Below the pieces are notes generated by a model. That model was not told the origin of the DNA. It saw nothing but the letters and a program-made list of their open reading frames with translations, and made no database searches. Shown here piece after piece: positions 39,813 through 51,247 of a stretch of DNA of 64,000 bases. How positions within the stretch are numbered: position 1 is the first letter of the stretch; each line of letters opens with the position of its first letter. Origin of the DNA: a virus (lineage: Duplodnaviria; Caudoviricetes); the IMG/VR virus record IMGVR_UViG_3300024346_000004. One strand, given 5' to 3'. The translations under genes were made by a program, and so were the position numbers.

Positions 39813-42800
39813 TGGGAAAGACTTCTATATATAAGCTTGGTTATTTTGAACCAGGCATGAATATCGGTGAAGAATTAGATTTAGACGAATTACGCTTCAC
39901 CGCAATTGATACACAAACGCTTGCCCTATTTTCTATCTTTGGGAATGGGGTTTTAGATGACGACCCTGATAATCCTTCTTGGTATATTAATACCATACCA
40001 CAAGACTATCTAAATGTATCTATCACACCAGGAAAAGGTCATGTTGCTTGGAAATCTGCAGCAACCACAGAAACTAGAACTTTAACATTACCAGTATTGC
40101 CAACAGCTGCAACAACTGCTTTGTTCTGGATATATGCTATTGAAAATGATAATACACCGTCAACAAAGGATGTGGATTTTATTGTTTCTTTGATAGAAAT
40201 AAATGATCCAGATAATTACATTGGGCTAGGAGCTGTTTATTTAGATAAAACAACTAATCCATATACAATCACTGCTTATAATACTAGTGAATATGGTAGA
40301 AAAAATATATCTTTATTTTCAACTTTATCTGATATTGTAAATAAACATAAACATATTGGCGGAAGCAATAACCCTTCTCCTATCAACTTAAGAAGCCATG
40401 TCAGGGGTAAGTTGTCAGGTGATTATTTAGAAAACTTAGATCTATCCACTGTAACCTCTGGTGTATTATCAGCAGACAGATTACCTGTAATAGATCATAA
40501 TAGTTTATCTAATATTGGAACGTTAACACATACTCAAATCGATTCTTTATTAGCTTCATTAATATCTTTACCAGATAACTATAGATTATCAGATGTATCT
40601 TTAGCCAATAGATTAAAAATAATCTTAGCTTTAAAAAGACAAGCTGGTCTTGGAACAATTGACAATACACAAATTAATGCTATATTTTATGTTCCTGGAG
40701 TAACATCAAGCTCTTTTGTAGCTACTGGTGTCCCGGTTTATATTAATCTAGCTAATGTAGATACAGTTAATAAACGAATTGTTGGAACAACTTCATCTTC
40801 AATTAATGCAGATACATTGATTTGGAATACTTATGATGATTTTGATAGAGCATGGCAAGCAGCTCAAATAAGAACTATTGCGAATCAACCACCATCTGAG
40901 AATATTGCAATTATTGGATCTGGGGTAAATGGCTCTTTCACTGTATCTAAATCTGTTGATTATAAGCCAGTAGTAAATACTAGCCTTACAGATACAAAAT
41001 GGAAAGATGGCTATTTATTTATTGACAAAGCTACAAAAGAAACAATAGTTCCTCCACCACCTCCAACTCTTTCTGCTCCAGCATTCTATAATCAGTACTC
41101 GGATAATTTTGATGTGGAACGATATCTTTATTATGAATTCACAGCATCTCAAGATTGGTCTGCTCGTTCTAATATAGGATTTGGATTCGGTATTGCTGCA
41201 GGATCAATACCTGGCAATATTTATGCTTATTTAGTTCTTGAAAGCGGTGGAACTTCAAAAACAATAATGGTAGGCGGAAATGAAACTACCATTAATAGAT
41301 CTGCAACAGCTTTATTATTATCTTCTTCATATTCTGATTCTAAAATTAGATTATTCTTTTCAAAAAATCTTAGCGAGTTTAACATCACTGAATCGCAAAA
41401 GAAAAGAATTAAGGGTGTTGGATTTATATGGAGTACAGAAGAAAATTGGGATGGTAATGAACTTAACTTCTATTTACTATCACCAAATAATGATGAAATA
41501 TCTCCTGTATCTAATCCTAAACCAGATTTGATTGCAGCTAAAACCGCATATCCTGACACAACATCATCTATTTTTATATGGAATGAAACATTATATAATA
41601 GAACAGCCACTCTCGTTTTTAGATTTGATTCTAATAGCTCAAATACATCTTATAATCTTGTTCAATGGGACTCTACAATTCCAGCAGGTACACAAGTTAA
41701 AGTCTATGTAAGATCTGCTGCTAATGAAGCATCTCTAGGTAATTATTTGACAAATGAAGTATCATCACTTAATTATTTAGTACCATCACCAGCATCAACA
41801 GGACGATATTTTGATATTATAGTTGTGCTATCATCAAATAGTTCATATTCCTCAGCGCCAACATTAGATAGACTAATTTTGTCTTATGATGGTGTTGGTA
41901 GTTCCACAAGCAAAATATGGAATAAAACTGAAACAGATCTATCTACCGGGCAAACTGGATGGTATTCTACAGCAAGTAATTATTCTAACATTACTTACGG
42001 ACCAAATGTGATTGATGGTGGTTTGACTAAAAATTATCTTACTATTACAAATACATCCGATGTTGGTAAATGGAAATATTTGAGAGCTAATAATTTATAT
42101 CAAGCTCTTAACGCATCAGATGAAGTGCTTTTGGAAGATGGTGTTGATTCTGGAAACTTAAAAGCTTACCAATCTCCTGTTCAAGTATACAATAACAATT
42201 CCGAATATGGGTTTAATAATCCTAAAAGATATGTAAAGTTGTACGATGAATCATATTTATATGCTGATACCAAAAACGATAGAGTAATAGAAATATCATC
42301 TTCAGGATCAGTAAGCAGAATCTTTCAAGGAAATCTCAGACTTAAACAATACAATAGAGACTTTGTTGCTTTGAATGCTTATTATAATCCAACTGAGGGC
42401 AAATTTTTCATTAACTTCTCTCAGTATGTAACGATAAGCAATACCACTGCTATATACATTATTTCAGGCCAACAATCTATCAAAGCATCTGATATAGGTC
42501 TATCTACTATATTGTTTAGCCCTATAGTGGGACAATCATCTACAATACAAATAACTCTCAACAGTTCATATAAAACAATTGTAAATAGTTGGACAGCACC
42601 AATACAAATTATATTGGATAGTGGTAGTGTGACATCAAATGGTAATGATGGATTAACAATAGATGCGGGAACTACTTCATCTACGGGAACTCAAGCATTA
42701 GACTTTTTAGATATTACAACCTATACTACATTAATTGGTGAAGGTAAAAATATTACAGGGATTAGTACATATACCCCTGTAGTTTTGGATGATGCTGATT

Positions 42801-43387
42801 TTGATAATGATGGAGCTATTACAACAACATTATTAGGACCCAATAATCAATCTGGTCGAGTTACTTTAGGTGTAGTGTCCGGTCCTATTTATATGCTTAA
42901 TATTTTAGAACCAGTAGCCGTCAGTAAGACTAAGTATGATTTGTATTTAATTTCTAATGTTCATACAGACTCTATTATTGCCGTTGATACTACAGGTACT
43001 ACAATATGGTCTGTTCCAAATACGATTGCTTCATTTACATTAGATAAATTAGGTGGTGCTATCGAATTATCTAATGAGAATTTATTAGTAGCTTTACCAA
43101 GTGCTGCTAATGATAATGCTGGTAAAGTTTTATTGATCAATCGTATTTCTTCTAACACAGTATTGAATGATCTTTCTGTAATAGGAGATGCTATTGAAGT
43201 AAGAGAATCACCTTATGCAGATCAGTATTATGTATTGTTATCTGATACGGTTAATAATGGAGCACAATCCAGAGTAATAAGATTATCAAGTAGTGGTAAT
43301 ATTACATGGTCTTGGGGTACTGGAACTTTAATAGCACCTACTGGACTAAATGTGTTAGCAAATAATAATATTTTGGTTAGCGAATAA
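39812..43387 (+). CDS. Tail fibre/baseplate protein with HxH motif and C-terminal beta-propeller
   Basis: HKHIGG, VTSGVLSADRLP, YLYADTKNDRVIEI and NNNILVSE (NHL/PQQ-like blades). Confidence 0.65.
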   Translation: MGKTSIYKLGYFEPGMNIGEELDLDELRFTAIDTQTLALFSIFGNGVLDDDPDNPSWYINTIPQDYLNVSITPGKGHVAWKSAATTETRTLTLPVLPTAATTALFWIYAIENDNTPSTKDVDFIVSLIEINDPDNYIGLGAVYLDKTTNPYTITAYNTSEYGRKNISLFSTLSDIVNKHKHIGGSNNPSPINLRSHVRGKLSGDYLENLDLSTVTSGVLSADRLPVIDHNSLSNIGTLTHTQIDSLLASLISLPDNYRLSDVSLANRLKIILALKRQAGLGTIDNTQINAIFYVPGVTSSSFVATGVPVYINLANVDTVNKRIVGTTSSSINADTLIWNTYDDFDRAWQAAQIRTIANQPPSENIAIIGSGVNGSFTVSKSVDYKPVVNTSLTDTKWKDGYLFIDKATKETIVPPPPPTLSAPAFYNQYSDNFDVERYLYYEFTASQDWSARSNIGFGFGIAAGSIPGNIYAYLVLESGGTSKTIMVGGNETTINRSATALLLSSSYSDSKIRLFFSKNLSEFNITESQKKRIKGVGFIWSTEENWDGNELNFYLLSPNNDEISPVSNPKPDLIAAKTAYPDTTSSIFIWNETLYNRTATLVFRFDSNSSNTSYNLVQWDSTIPAGTQVKVYVRSAANEASLGNYLTNEVSSLNYLVPSPASTGRYFDIIVVLSSNSSYSSAPTLDRLILSYDGVGSSTSKIWNKTETDLSTGQTGWYSTASNYSNITYGPNVIDGGLTKNYLTITNTSDVGKWKYLRANNLYQALNASDEVLLEDGVDSGNLKAYQSPVQVYNNNSEYGFNNPKRYVKLYDESYLYADTKNDRVIEISSSGSVSRIFQGNLRLKQYNRDFVALNAYYNPTEGKFFINFSQYVTISNTTAIYIISGQQSIKASDIGLSTILFSPIVGQSSTIQITLNSSYKTIVNSWTAPIQIILDSGSVTSNGNDGLTIDAGTTSSTGTQALDFLDITTYTTLIGEGKNITGISTYTPVVLDDADFDNDGAITTTLLGPNNQSGRVTLGVVSGPIYMLNILEPVAVSKTKYDLYLISNVHTDSIIAVDTTGTTIWSVPNTIASFTLDKLGGAIELSNENLLVALPSAANDNAGKVLLINRISSNTVLNDLSVIGDAIEVRESPYADQYYVLLSDTVNNGAQSRVIRLSSSGNITWSWGTGTLIAPTGLNVLANNNILVSE

Positions 43388-44325
43388 TGTCAAACATATT
43401 TTTTACAAGAACAGAAAATTCAATTACTAATTCATTCAATGATTATAATATTAAATTTTCATTACTTTCCGCCCCAGTAAATTACATTATTCAAGAAGAC
43501 GAAATATCAGTATTTTATTTACGTGATAATTTTCTTGCTGTAGTCAAAAATGAAAATAATTCTTTTTACTACAGTTTGACTAATAACTCAAATATTTCTG
43601 TTACTGCTGGATTAGAAATAAATAATCTAAAAGGCTATTATTCATATTCTTCACAAAGACATGATCTGTATTTTGATGAGTTTAAAGTTGAATTATATTT
43701 AGATGATTGTTCTGCCGAAATTGAAGATTCAGGATTTATGCTATTACGAGCACAAAATGAATCATCAAGATTTTACATAAGATTCATTACACCTGAAATT
43801 CAAAGCTTATCATTTGAAGCAAAAGCATTACAAAATTCTGTTTTTGTAGAAGCTGGAATGAGAGAACCTGAATTTGCGATTGGTGTTTTTGATGATTCTA
43901 ACTTTACTAGACCAAGAGATGTAAGATTAGGTACTCCTGTAATTTCAACAGTACCAACATCAGGAACTACTACGACTACTGGAGAAAAAGACTCTATTGA
44001 ATTAGGTGAAGGTTTTCCAAGTAGAGTCATGCATTTTAAAATTGTATGCGACACTATCATTGAAACTGGTATGACAACAGGGTCTTTATCTGCTCTTAAA
44101 TTAAGTGTTTCAATGCCATCTGGATTAGATACAGTTAAGGAACCTGAATACGCTCCTATATATTTTGTTTCTTATTCTGCTGACAATACAACTTCTGTTT
44201 ATAGAGCATCTTTTGAGTTCTATAAAGAAGATACAATTAAATATGTGGACGGCTATCTTTACTTAGATGTTATTTGTCCTATGATTGTACAAAAGACATT
44301 ACCTATATCATTTGAAATAATCTAA
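43387..44325 (+). CDS. Hypothetical virion protein
   Basis: 312 aa, TAATG-coupled. Confidence 0.7.
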   Translation: MSNIFFTRTENSITNSFNDYNIKFSLLSAPVNYIIQEDEISVFYLRDNFLAVVKNENNSFYYSLTNNSNISVTAGLEINNLKGYYSYSSQRHDLYFDEFKVELYLDDCSAEIEDSGFMLLRAQNESSRFYIRFITPEIQSLSFEAKALQNSVFVEAGMREPEFAIGVFDDSNFTRPRDVRLGTPVISTVPTSGTTTTTGEKDSIELGEGFPSRVMHFKIVCDTIIETGMTTGSLSALKLSVSMPSGLDTVKEPEYAPIYFVSYSADNTTSVYRASFEFYKEDTIKYVDGYLYLDVICPMIVQKTLPISFEII

Positions 44326-44350
44326 GGGTTTAATCATCCTTAAACAGAAT
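44324..44350 (+). promoter_or_regulatory. Putative phage late promoter
   Basis: AGGG(44325-28)-N18-GAAT(44347-50) in the gap before 44385. Confidence 0.6.
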
Positions 44351-44384
44351 AATTAGGTAATCAAAAATAAAACGGTGTTATTGA

Positions 44385-47300
44385 ATGCCTATAAAAGTTC
44401 AACTATTACTTCCAGACAATCTTAAGAGTTCTTATCTTCGGGCAAACTTTATTGAATCAGGCTCAGTTTATTCAACTAAAAAGCCTTCATTAAATTCAGC
44501 TATTGATAATAATAAACATACATTACAATTCAAATTTGAATTAACAGATAATGTCACAAGAGAACCTGTAGCCTTAAACAAGATTGTAAGTTTAAAAATT
44601 TCAAATGATCCTGAATTTTATTCAGCATCAACTGTTGAGCTTTTAAGCATTCCGTCAGATGGATCTTATTCATCCACTACTAATTATATAGTAAATCTAA
44701 ATCCAAATTACTTTTTTGGAACATCTCAAACATTAGAATCATCAAGATCTACTGCTGCTGGAGATGGTAGATTTATTGTAAATAATTGGCCACTATCTGC
44801 TACTGGCGGTCTGTCAACAGTTTATATGCAAGCTGTGGTTCAATCTGTCAGTGGTGATGAAGGTACTTATCCTGAAGGTTATGCTATTTATGATCAGATA
44901 GCATGGCAGGGTGAATTACCGTCAACTCCAGGAAGAGTATCATTATTATCTAACAATAGTGATTGGGTAGGCTCTCAGACATTAGCTCATTTCAAGCAAT
45001 CCTCTGATGCTTTTTCAGGTATCTCTTCTACTGGAGTTTCAAGCTATATTGGAGACTTTGTAGAATTTTTAGAAACAAACTTAAAATCTACAAGAGTTAC
45101 AACCACTGGCAATTTCAGAACTCTTGGCTCAAAATATGCAGCTACTTTATTATCTTTAACAGCCAATAGAGTAGATTATAATGGAGATAGCCCTACAACA
45201 GGCACTGGTGTTGCTATTGCATCTAATATAACATTAAATGCAGGTTCAGGTAGAGGAGCTTTATTAACTTCAGCTACATCTACTAGAACAACATCTACTC
45301 CGGGATATTTTACTCAAGGATATATTTCATTAGCTCTAAATACTAGTACATCAGAATATAGATACATTGGCAAGTTAATTGCTGGTGCTGAAAATATTAC
45401 AATAAAAATCACATCTGCTAATAATGCAGCTCCAGTGGCAGTACTATCAAGATCAGGTTCGGCTTTTACTCAAACAACTACACTACCTGAACATACAAGA
45501 TCATTATTTCTATTAGGTGGTCTATTTGAGATATTTGTAGCAAAAACAAGTGATTCACAATTAATTTGTTCAGCTTATTTCACAGCCACTGATAATCAAA
45601 GTTATTTGCTATGTGATTCTTTATTACCAGATTTTACAACCGATGTTATTTCATCTGCTTTTGGTGTTTCTATCAATGCAGCAGACGGAACAGCTAGAAT
45701 AGAAGAAATCTCACAAGCTATAGGTAGATCATGGTTGTCAGCTGATTTAGGTGATTGCGAGACAGAAGATTATCATCCTGTCAATTTCCCTGTAGTAAAA
45801 GTGGACAATTGGTTAACATCCGTAAATGTGGATGACGATTGGATTTATTATAACACAAATATATCCGTACCTACTAAAAACCCCGTATACACTTCATATT
45901 TGATTTTCCCCAAATTAGATAGTGGCGAAATTGCTGAATTACAATGTGGAAAACCAACTTTATCTTCTAGATTTAGATTGGATATGTCATTTACACATGC
46001 TAATAATATTTTATATACTTCATTCTCCACACAGCATACCCAGGAGCTAAATTCCGAAAATAATCAAAGACCAATGGTTTCTAGAACGATGCCTGGTTAT
46101 GTACCTTCTACAGAACCATTTGATTGTTCTACAGTAACGGTGTTTTTTGATGCTACTAGAAGAGAAATATATGCAGTAAGCAGATTATTTAATAATACTG
46201 TTAGCACACATGTTTTAGCAAGATATACCCCCGACACCACAGATACATTTTCTATAGAAATATCTGATACTAATCCAGTAGGTTCTGTAGGTATTACAAA
46301 TGATTCAGTAGCAAATGGTACATGGATTATTCTTAGAAAAAATAATTCTTTTGAAGGGTCCGTGCAATTATCTAATAAACTTTTACCACATGATTCTGGA
46401 TTAGGTTATTATTTTTCTATTGGTTGTTTGGCTAACACATTTGGTGATGTTTCTTCCAATACTATTGTTAGAAATTTAGCTGTTTATGGTTTACCTGAAT
46501 TAAACAGAGATGAAATTTTAGATCCAGTCAATACCAGACATTTCTTGAAATCTGATACAGGCACAACAAATGGTAAGCCATGGTTAGGCCAATATTTATT
46601 AGCAGGAGCTACCGATTTTGATAAGTGGGATTATGTAGTACCTGAGGCTAATGGTTATGAAATTCTGGTACAGGTAACTACTACCGGTAATAATATAATC
46701 GATACCGCTACGCCGTCTATAGTTGATGGATATACTGTTAAAGCTGGAGATGTAATTCTTGTTAAAGATCAAACAGAAATATCAGAAAATGGTTTATACT
46801 TGGTCATCAATGCTGGAACTAACGGTACATGGACTAAGCTTTCATATGGTTCTCCTTATCTTACAGGACAGAAAAATCAACCTATAAGTATTGTTAATGG
46901 AACTGTTAATGGTGGAACATTATGGTATTCAGATTATCCAGAAGGCCTTGTTTCTTCGACAAGTTTGATTTTTAAATCTACTGTATTTGCTAAAAGAATA
47001 GATTTTTCTTCTTTATCCGCTTTTTATTCTTCAATTAGCCCTACATTGATGGAGATTAAAGCATTATGGACATCAAGAAACTTACCAGCTGAAGCATTTA
47101 ATATAAAGTTTAGATTTTTTGCAGATAATATAAGTACAATTGGTAGCGCAAAAACAGATTGGTTTGAGCTAGACTTGAATCCTTTGAATACTACTGCTAT
47201 TTCTGGAGCTTATAATGAATTATTGCAGAAGATTTTGGTGTATTCTGATGCACAAACAGTTCCAGGTTTAGTATTTACAGAACCAGTAGAAGACCCTAAC

Positions 47301-50300
47301 GATCAAACAGATACTGGATCTAGACCTCTTACAATTACAAATAATGAAAAAGTTTGGTCTGCTATAAGAATGCCTATGGGATTCAAAATGGCAAGTGCTA
47401 TATCCAAAGAAACTACAGATCCAGAAATTATTGAATCTGGATCATATAGAGGATGGAATTTAGCTCCTAGACTATGGTTTAAGTTATTTGCTAAAGCCAC
47501 CCCTAGAGAAAGAAATAAAACTAATAATGTTATTCAGCAAGCAAGAACAAGAGCTTTTTCTCACGCTTTTGTCTCAGGCTCTGCTAATAATTTATCGTTA
47601 CCAAAAAAAGTAGATATAATAGCTCCAGCAGATACAGACAGTTTACGACCTACTATCTCAACAGTTATTGACCCATCAGTTAGATCTGCTGTACTTTCTA
47701 TCTTAGCAAATGACTCACAATCTGGAAATCTTGCTTTTAGAGTAGGAAAAGAAACAGATTATGGCATTGTTGAATATTCTCCATGGCAATCTTGGTCTCA
47801 GTATAATTTAGGTGGTACTACTAAATATTCTGTTTATTTATATGGCACTTCTAAAAAGAATCTATTAGGTTCCGTAGATGTTAATACTGCAAACTTAAAT
47901 GCTGGTATGATTGGTGCTAGAAAAGTCTGGGTTCAAGTCATAGATAGGGTTGGAAATATATCTGAATCTTATCCTCTAACATTATTTGCCCCAGGACTAT
48001 CTATTGTCGATACTACCGCTCCTTCTGGAACAGCAGAATTTTATAATACTACTACAGAATCAAAAGCAGAATATACTAACAAAACATGGAATTGGCTTAA
48101 GCTCGACACTCAGGATAGAGTTACTACAGTCAAAGATTTCCGTGTTAGAATTATCACAGCAAATGGTCCTGGAGGTTGGTCAAGCTGGAATTACTTAAAA
48201 GAATTCAATCCAGTATCTTTCACAGGATTACAAGAAGGCATTAGACAATTAGAAGTTCAATTTAGAGATTATGGAAATAATATATCTCCAGCACAAGATT
48301 TCTACTCACCATTAGTTAGTCAAGATAACCTTGTATTTGTTTCATCTACTGTGTGGCAAAAAACTTCAACAAATCTTGAATCAGCATATTTTGGCGGTGT
48401 CAAGCAACAAACATTTACTGGTATGAAATTAGTACCAGCAACCGGTTCGCAGTATACATCTCTTACTGCTTTTACATTATTGGATACTGTTACAGGAAGA
48501 ACACTTAATTTAAGAACAGTTGATAATTTGACAATCAATGGTACAGCAGTATCATACGTTATAGATTCTACTTCTGGCTTAATTATATTTGCTAGCGCTA
48601 TATCTAACTACTCTTCTGTTACTGTAAATGTAAGTAGAAATTCTGCTATCTTATATGAATGGGATAATAATACATTTTCACAAATTGCTGATCTTGGCAA
48701 TTATAATGAATTATGTATTACTAGTATGACATCTTATTCAGGTGGTATTGTTATCGGCACTGCTTCTGGAAATATTTATTTATATGATGGCAAGGTTATT
48801 TCTGGTAGTTATTTTACTGCACAAGATGTAATACGCTTACCGATTGCTTCTTTAAAGATCCATAGATTTGAACATGAAACAAATTCATATGTTTATGCAA
48901 GCACTGACAAAAAGCCTAGATTATATAGATGTTTAGTTGATGATTTGAAAACAGGATCATCTTGGGTTAGAGTAGCTTCTTCAGGAGATCTTGATTTATC
49001 TTCTGGTGGTGCTTTGTCAATGGTTTCATCATTCAATAAATTATTTATCGGATGTAGAAATTCAAAAATCTTAAGATATACAAGAACATCAAATAAATAT
49101 GCAACAGAATCTGAAATATTAGAGTCAAGTTTATTAGTATCACAAAATCTAGGGTTAAATGAAAGCACAAACTCTACAGCTATAACATTAAGCGTAGCAC
49201 CAAATTCTGTTATAGCCGGTATTTCTGAAAGACCTGAAATTTGGACATACTCAGAAGAATATGTAAATAATCCTGAATCATCTGATTTATGGACTAAAAT
49301 TAATTTTGATGAAATGTTTGTTCAAGATCCAGCTCCTGCACAATATTATTTCACAGATACAAATTACAAAGGCAATACTACACAAAGAATTTCATCTTAT
49401 ATTGGTCAAATTGGTCTGTATGATGAGTTTATGCCTGGTAAAAAGAAAGATTATTTAAAATTATCAGCTACTTCTTCAGGTATTTCTCTTTATGATTTTA
49501 GCTTAGGTACTGATTGGGAACAAATTATAAATGCAAATCAACCTGCTGTTCTATTAGATATTCCTGTAAAAGTTGCAACAACAATTAATGTAACCTTATC
49601 TGGTTTGCAATCCGTTGACGGTATATCTGTATTGAATAATGATAGAGTATTAGTCAAGAATCAAACTGTTCAATCAGAAAATGGTATATATGTTGCTTCT
49701 TCAGGTATTTGGGTTAGAGATGGCGATTTTAACCAATCATCAGGTTTAGTTTATAGAACAGGTGTATATGTCACATCCGGTTTGATAAATAGTAAATCAA
49801 CATGGATATTAACTTCCCAAGCTCCTTATGTATTTGGTACGACTGCATTTATTTTTGAAAAACCTAAATATACTATCGATATAGAAACACAAAATGTTTC
49901 AGGTACAGGTAAGCAGGGTGTTTCAGTTAGTGATTCATATTGGAATTATAATGTTAAATATTCTACTGCTGGATTAACAATTGATAGCGGTAGTAACAGT
50001 AAAACAGTATCATTCCCAAATATAGATGATTCATATTTTGTTTCTATGTCCGTTACTGACTCACAGCCAAATCCCAATAGTCAGCTAGTCAAAGCATGGA
50101 CATTTGCAAGCATTGGAGGTAATGAGGATACTGGGCCTTATTGGGGAACTGGTTCAACAGGTACATATGATGCTTGGTTTGCTGGTCCGTATGTCGTACC
50201 TGTCACATCTGGAACGATAACAAATACCGCAGGAACAGTTTTATCCGAATCAACATCCTCGGAAGCTTCTTTTACTACTACAAACTATTTTCTTAGAGTG

Positions 50301-51245
50301 TCTACGGATACATCACTTAAAAGTGGTAATCCAAAAGTAGTTTGGCAAAATACTGATATATATTCAAACAATGTAACTAATTTTTCTGTAAATACTACCA
50401 AGAGTATTGTAGTGGATAATATGTGTTATATCGAAATTAGATTAAAGACAGTATATTCATCAACTTTAAACACCAATAATTCCTCTGCTAAAATAAATCT
50501 TTATTATTCTAGCAACTCTGGACAAAATAAAAATTATATTTCTCAACCAATTGCTAACAATGAAGAATATAATACTTATAGGTTTAGACCATCTTGGAAT
50601 GGAATCGTAAATTACATAGCATTTGAATTTGCAGATTTTGATGTTATCCCAGCTAATTTTGATATTGATTATATCAAAATAATTAAAATAAATGGATATG
50701 CTTCAATAACGAGTGCACCTTCAAGAATCAGAATAGGTGTTGATGGGCGAGATTTATCTATTTGGCATGGTAATAACAACGAGCCATTATTCTATCAAAA
50801 GAATTTCTTAGATCTTAAATCTTCTCAAAAATCATTAAAATTTGGTAAATTAGATTCTGAAGATGGAGCTAGTGAATATATTTATGGTGGATTGAAATTT
50901 ACTGTAGGAAATGTTTATTCTCCAACTAAAATTAATATTAGTGATTTTCATATGACATGGAGATTCCCTTCTACTGGTGGTGTCAGACAATTAGTTCATC
51001 ACATGGGCTCTATATATGCTCTCACTGATGGATCTATCACACAAAGAAAATCTGATAACCCAGATGATAGACAAATGAAAACATTTAAATATGATAGCGG
51101 TAGAGAGGTATGGATATCTGAAACCAATTTCCATGCCAGAGAAATTATAAATAATGATCTATTAGGAGTGATTAGACCACTCACTTCTTTAAGTCATAAC
51201 GGCATAATGTTACTTTGTGGGCAGTATGGAAGTATTATTGAGTAA
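44385..51245 (+). CDS. Giant tail fibre/baseplate protein (2286 aa)
   Basis: Two DG...D.[VI]LVK.Q...ENG.Y modules, Ig-like DxxAP repeats, propeller blades. Confidence 0.7.
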   Translation: MPIKVQLLLPDNLKSSYLRANFIESGSVYSTKKPSLNSAIDNNKHTLQFKFELTDNVTREPVALNKIVSLKISNDPEFYSASTVELLSIPSDGSYSSTTNYIVNLNPNYFFGTSQTLESSRSTAAGDGRFIVNNWPLSATGGLSTVYMQAVVQSVSGDEGTYPEGYAIYDQIAWQGELPSTPGRVSLLSNNSDWVGSQTLAHFKQSSDAFSGISSTGVSSYIGDFVEFLETNLKSTRVTTTGNFRTLGSKYAATLLSLTANRVDYNGDSPTTGTGVAIASNITLNAGSGRGALLTSATSTRTTSTPGYFTQGYISLALNTSTSEYRYIGKLIAGAENITIKITSANNAAPVAVLSRSGSAFTQTTTLPEHTRSLFLLGGLFEIFVAKTSDSQLICSAYFTATDNQSYLLCDSLLPDFTTDVISSAFGVSINAADGTARIEEISQAIGRSWLSADLGDCETEDYHPVNFPVVKVDNWLTSVNVDDDWIYYNTNISVPTKNPVYTSYLIFPKLDSGEIAELQCGKPTLSSRFRLDMSFTHANNILYTSFSTQHTQELNSENNQRPMVSRTMPGYVPSTEPFDCSTVTVFFDATRREIYAVSRLFNNTVSTHVLARYTPDTTDTFSIEISDTNPVGSVGITNDSVANGTWIILRKNNSFEGSVQLSNKLLPHDSGLGYYFSIGCLANTFGDVSSNTIVRNLAVYGLPELNRDEILDPVNTRHFLKSDTGTTNGKPWLGQYLLAGATDFDKWDYVVPEANGYEILVQVTTTGNNIIDTATPSIVDGYTVKAGDVILVKDQTEISENGLYLVINAGTNGTWTKLSYGSPYLTGQKNQPISIVNGTVNGGTLWYSDYPEGLVSSTSLIFKSTVFAKRIDFSSLSAFYSSISPTLMEIKALWTSRNLPAEAFNIKFRFFADNISTIGSAKTDWFELDLNPLNTTAISGAYNELLQKILVYSDAQTVPGLVFTEPVEDPNDQTDTGSRPLTITNNEKVWSAIRMPMGFKMASAISKETTDPEIIESGSYRGWNLAPRLWFKLFAKATPRERNKTNNVIQQARTRAFSHAFVSGSANNLSLPKKVDIIAPADTDSLRPTISTVIDPSVRSAVLSILANDSQSGNLAFRVGKETDYGIVEYSPWQSWSQYNLGGTTKYSVYLYGTSKKNLLGSVDVNTANLNAGMIGARKVWVQVIDRVGNISESYPLTLFAPGLSIVDTTAPSGTAEFYNTTTESKAEYTNKTWNWLKLDTQDRVTTVKDFRVRIITANGPGGWSSWNYLKEFNPVSFTGLQEGIRQLEVQFRDYGNNISPAQDFYSPLVSQDNLVFVSSTVWQKTSTNLESAYFGGVKQQTFTGMKLVPATGSQYTSLTAFTLLDTVTGRTLNLRTVDNLTINGTAVSYVIDSTSGLIIFASAISNYSSVTVNVSRNSAILYEWDNNTFSQIADLGNYNELCITSMTSYSGGIVIGTASGNIYLYDGKVISGSYFTAQDVIRLPIASLKIHRFEHETNSYVYASTDKKPRLYRCLVDDLKTGSSWVRVASSGDLDLSSGGALSMVSSFNKLFIGCRNSKILRYTRTSNKYATESEILESSLLVSQNLGLNESTNSTAITLSVAPNSVIAGISERPEIWTYSEEYVNNPESSDLWTKINFDEMFVQDPAPAQYYFTDTNYKGNTTQRISSYIGQIGLYDEFMPGKKKDYLKLSATSSGISLYDFSLGTDWEQIINANQPAVLLDIPVKVATTINVTLSGLQSVDGISVLNNDRVLVKNQTVQSENGIYVASSGIWVRDGDFNQSSGLVYRTGVYVTSGLINSKSTWILTSQAPYVFGTTAFIFEKPKYTIDIETQNVSGTGKQGVSVSDSYWNYNVKYSTAGLTIDSGSNSKTVSFPNIDDSYFVSMSVTDSQPNPNSQLVKAWTFASIGGNEDTGPYWGTGSTGTYDAWFAGPYVVPVTSGTITNTAGTVLSESTSSEASFTTTNYFLRVSTDTSLKSGNPKVVWQNTDIYSNNVTNFSVNTTKSIVVDNMCYIEIRLKTVYSSTLNTNNSSAKINLYYSSNSGQNKNYISQPIANNEEYNTYRFRPSWNGIVNYIAFEFADFDVIPANFDIDYIKIIKINGYASITSAPSRIRIGVDGRDLSIWHGNNNEPLFYQKNFLDLKSSQKSLKFGKLDSEDGASEYIYGGLKFTVGNVYSPTKINISDFHMTWRFPSTGGVRQLVHHMGSIYALTDGSITQRKSDNPDDRQMKTFKYDSGREVWISETNFHAREIINNDLLGVIRPLTSLSHNGIMLLCGQYGSIIE

Positions 51246-51247
51246 AA

